Shown: piece by piece, positions 32,500-35,020 of the stretch | How positions within the stretch are numbered: position 1 is the stretch's first letter | How the letters are laid out: every line of letters begins with the position of its first letter | Source of the DNA: Chiloscyllium plagiosum | Lineage: Eukaryota | Length of the DNA stretch: 35,020 nt | Direction: 5' to 3' | NCBI RefSeq assembly: GCF_004010195.1 | Contig: NC_057718.1 | Coordinates: 15,931,309 to 15,966,328, forward strand | The notes under the pieces: model-generated | Told to the model about the DNA's origin: nothing | The model's input: the letters and a program-made list of their open reading frames with translations, nothing else | Databases searched by the model: none | Program-made: the position numbers and the translations under genes

Positions 32500-34387
32500 T
32501 TTTAAAAAAAATTTTATAATATATTTTTATTAAGAAAAAATAGATTTTTAACTACTACAACAAATACAATACAGTGCAATTCAAAACAGTACAAAAATAA
32601 ACCCAAATAATAAAAAAAATTCCCCAACCCACGCTCCTGTACAAATGTATAAACATATATAGAGAAATATAAAATTTTTAAAAAACCTAAACTAGCTATT
32701 TAACTAAATAAATAAATAACAACAAACAAATAAATAGTAATAACTCAGCCCAGCCAAACAAAACACTCATACATTCACAGTTCCTCCTCCCGGATATTGG
32801 ACTCATGAAACACAATCGTCACGGCTATATAAAGGCCCTTGTTAGTGTGGCAGATAAATCTATGTCCAGGTATTCCAAAAAGGGTTGCCATGTCTTGTAA
32901 AAATTCTCAGTTTTGTGGTGTACCATATTTGTGAGAAAATCCAGGGGAATGTGCTCCATAACAAGCTTCCGCTAACCCGACAGGCCTGGAGTTTTTTCAG
33001 ATATCCAACCTAGCAAGATATTCTTCCTTGCACAGAATGTAAGAATATTGAAAAGTTTTTCTTATGCACGTCTGCAGGAAATACAATGGGTAGGCCCAAA
33101 AGGAGAGAAATAGGGTCCTTCTCCACCCCTACACTTAAAATCCTCTCCATTACACCCGCCACAGCGCTCCAATATGTTTGAAACCTGTCACAAGACCAAA
33201 GACAATGGGTAAGAGTTGAAAAATGTGTTGCTGGAAAAGCGCAGCAGGTCAGGCAGCATCCAAGGAGCGGGAGAATCGACGTTTCGGGCATAAGCCCTTC
33301 TTCAAAACGTCGATTCTCCTGCTCCTTGGATGCTGCCTGACCTACTGCGCTTTTCCAGCAACACATTTTTCAGCTCTGACCTCCAGCATCTGCAGTCCTC
33401 ACTTTCTCCACAATTGGTAAGAGTGCCCGTGCAGACCTTGCACCTGGGACATGCTGAAGATACCCCTGGTTTAGATTTTGACAAACGGTCTGGGGCTAAG
33501 TGGACCCTGTGGAGAATCTTCAACTGTAAAGCATAGGTCCTATTGCAAATTGATATCTTCCTTGCATTCTCCCAAATATCCTCTCATGCCTCTGAAGAAA
33601 CTTCAACACCCAGCTCTCTTTCCCACATCTTGCAGAGTTGATCAGACTCATCTGAGGTGGCACCCCCCAATTGGTGATATAGAGTACTGACAGAGAGTGT
33701 ACTCTTAGCCCTTAGTACCCTCTTTTTTATGTCAGATTTGTAGGGATCAGTCAAAAGTGTGGTCTTGTTTTGAATAAAATCCCTAACTTGAAAAAAATGA
33801 AAGAGGTCTCTATTAGGTAACTCGTACCTCCGTACTAACTGATTGAAGGACATCATTACGTCTCCCTCAAATAAATCACCCATGCAAGATATACCCCTAG
33901 CTGCCCAACATTTAAATCCTGAATCTATCATACCCGGTTGAAAACCTAGTATACCCACTAAAGGTGTAAACAAAGATGTTTTGCCAATATTACCTTCTCT
34001 CTGTCGAATTGCCCTCCATGCTTTAACAGTATTGATGACTATTGGGTTATGGCAATATTCCCTAACTGTCTTCATCTTGTCCAAAAACAGCAAACTGGTA
34101 AGGGGGCACCTTGCCTGGGAGGCTTCGATATCTAGTCATATTGAAAGAGGGTCCCCACAAACCCAATCACTCACATAGGTCTAAAGTGAGCTTAATTGGT
34201 AATATTTAATGTCCGGAAGATCTACTCCCCCCAATCTGTGAGGCAACTGCAGTTTGGCTAATTTAATGAGGGGCCGTTTACGGTGCCAGATAAAGGAGCT
34301 GAACCAACCGTTCAGTCTCCTGAGTGATTCTTTATTGAAAATCAGGGGGAGCATCCATATAGAGTATAGCAAACAAGGGAGAATATT
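32500..34387 (-). mobile_element. L1 LINE 3' part (ORF2 C-terminus and 3' UTR)
   Basis: NILPCLLYSIWMLP..FSSFIW, LFLDKMK..TVKAWRAIRQ, KILHRVHLAPDRL..CPRCKVCTGTLTHCLWSC; paralogous to 15970-17500. Confidence 0.9.
33217..33409. mobile_element. Fold-back PLE mini-element (family B)
   Basis: 68-bp arms 33217-33284 and 33305-33372 plus tail to 33409; 15-bp TSD ACAATGGGTAAGAGT (33202-33216) / ACAATTGGTAAGAGT (33410-33424); minus-strand core lacks its first C. Confidence 0.9.
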
Positions 34388-35020
34388 AGTATACCGCTTT
34401 GGATACTGTTGGGGGGGACGGATAAGCAGGGGTAAGCTGCAGTGACCGGGTCTCTGGCACGATGTCCGGCTCTGAGGCCCAGAAGGGAAAGGGGGAGAGG
34501 TGGAGAGCGCTAGTTATAGGAGACTCTATAGTTAGAGGGACGGACAGGCGGTTCTGTGGACATGGGCGAGACTTTTGGATGGTTTGTTGCCTCCCCGGTG
34601 CCAGGGTCCGAGACGTCTCGGACCGTGTCTTCAGAATCCTTAAGGGGGAGGGTGTGCAGCCAGAAGTCGTGGTGCACATTGGCACCAAAGAGATAGGTAG
34701 AAAGAGGGCTGGGGAGGTCATTCAGGAGCTCAGGGAGTTAGGCTGGAAGCTAAAAGCTAGGACGGACAGAGTCGTCATCTCTGGGTTGTTGCCGGTACCA
34801 CATGACAGTGAGGCAAGGAATAGGGAGAGAGTGCAGTTGAACACGTGGCTGCAAGGATGGTGTAGGAGTGAGGGCTTCAGGTATTTGGACAATTGGACTG
34901 CATTCTGGGGAAGGTGGGACCTGTACAAGCAGGATGGGTTGCACCTGAACCAGAAGGGCACCAATATCCTGGGAGGTAGGTTTGCTAGCACTCTTCGGGG
35001 GAGTTTAAACTAATTTGGCA
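34388..35020 (+). mobile_element. 5'-truncated CR1-type LINE, ORF1 region
   Basis: Begins abruptly within the minus-strand L1 ORF2; contains the esterase frame; runs off the window end. Confidence 0.8.
34462..35013 (+). CDS. CR1 ORF1 SGNH/GDSL esterase domain (partial, transposon-encoded)
   Basis: Open 183 aa: VIGDSIVRG (block I), CLPGARV (II), VHIGTKEI (III, normally GTND), DGLHLN (V). Confidence 0.8.
   Translation: MSGSEAQKGKGERWRALVIGDSIVRGTDRRFCGHGRDFWMVCCLPGARVRDVSDRVFRILKGEGVQPEVVVHIGTKEIGRKRAGEVIQELRELGWKLKARTDRVVISGLLPVPHDSEARNRERVQLNTWLQGWCRSEGFRYLDNWTAFWGRWDLYKQDGLHLNQKGTNILGGRFASTLRGSLN

Overview
Eukaryotic, repeat-saturated DNA with no intact host gene that I can identify. The repeat families resemble those of cartilaginous fish (shark-like); this is pattern recognition, not a database result. 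Contents: many decayed CR1-type LINE fragments; a full-length decayed L1 (11986-17508, 15-bp TSD) nested in a Penelope-like element (PLE; RT plus GIY-YIG remnants, inverted terminal repeats, ~11510-19283); a second L1 3' part on the minus strand; a decayed minus-strand Gypsy LTR element (~24512-29512) with three younger insertions; a CR1 ORF1 SGNH esterase frame; Tc1/mariner- and Harbinger-type MITEs; a probable solo LTR; and a decayed Myb/SANT-like remnant. The most interesting signal is a set of short (94-208 bp) PLE-terminus insertions carrying minimal hammerhead ribozyme cores (CUGANGA-stem II-GAAA-NN-UH). Three are fold-back or inverted and have 13-16 bp TSDs. The best example is a palindrome with 84-bp arms (30996-31171) and a hammerhead core on each strand. 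Breakpoints recur at the ribozyme 5' edge and at a fixed tail boundary, suggesting a non-autonomous ribozyme-bearing retroelement mobilised by PLE machinery. Boundaries of old fragments are approximate.
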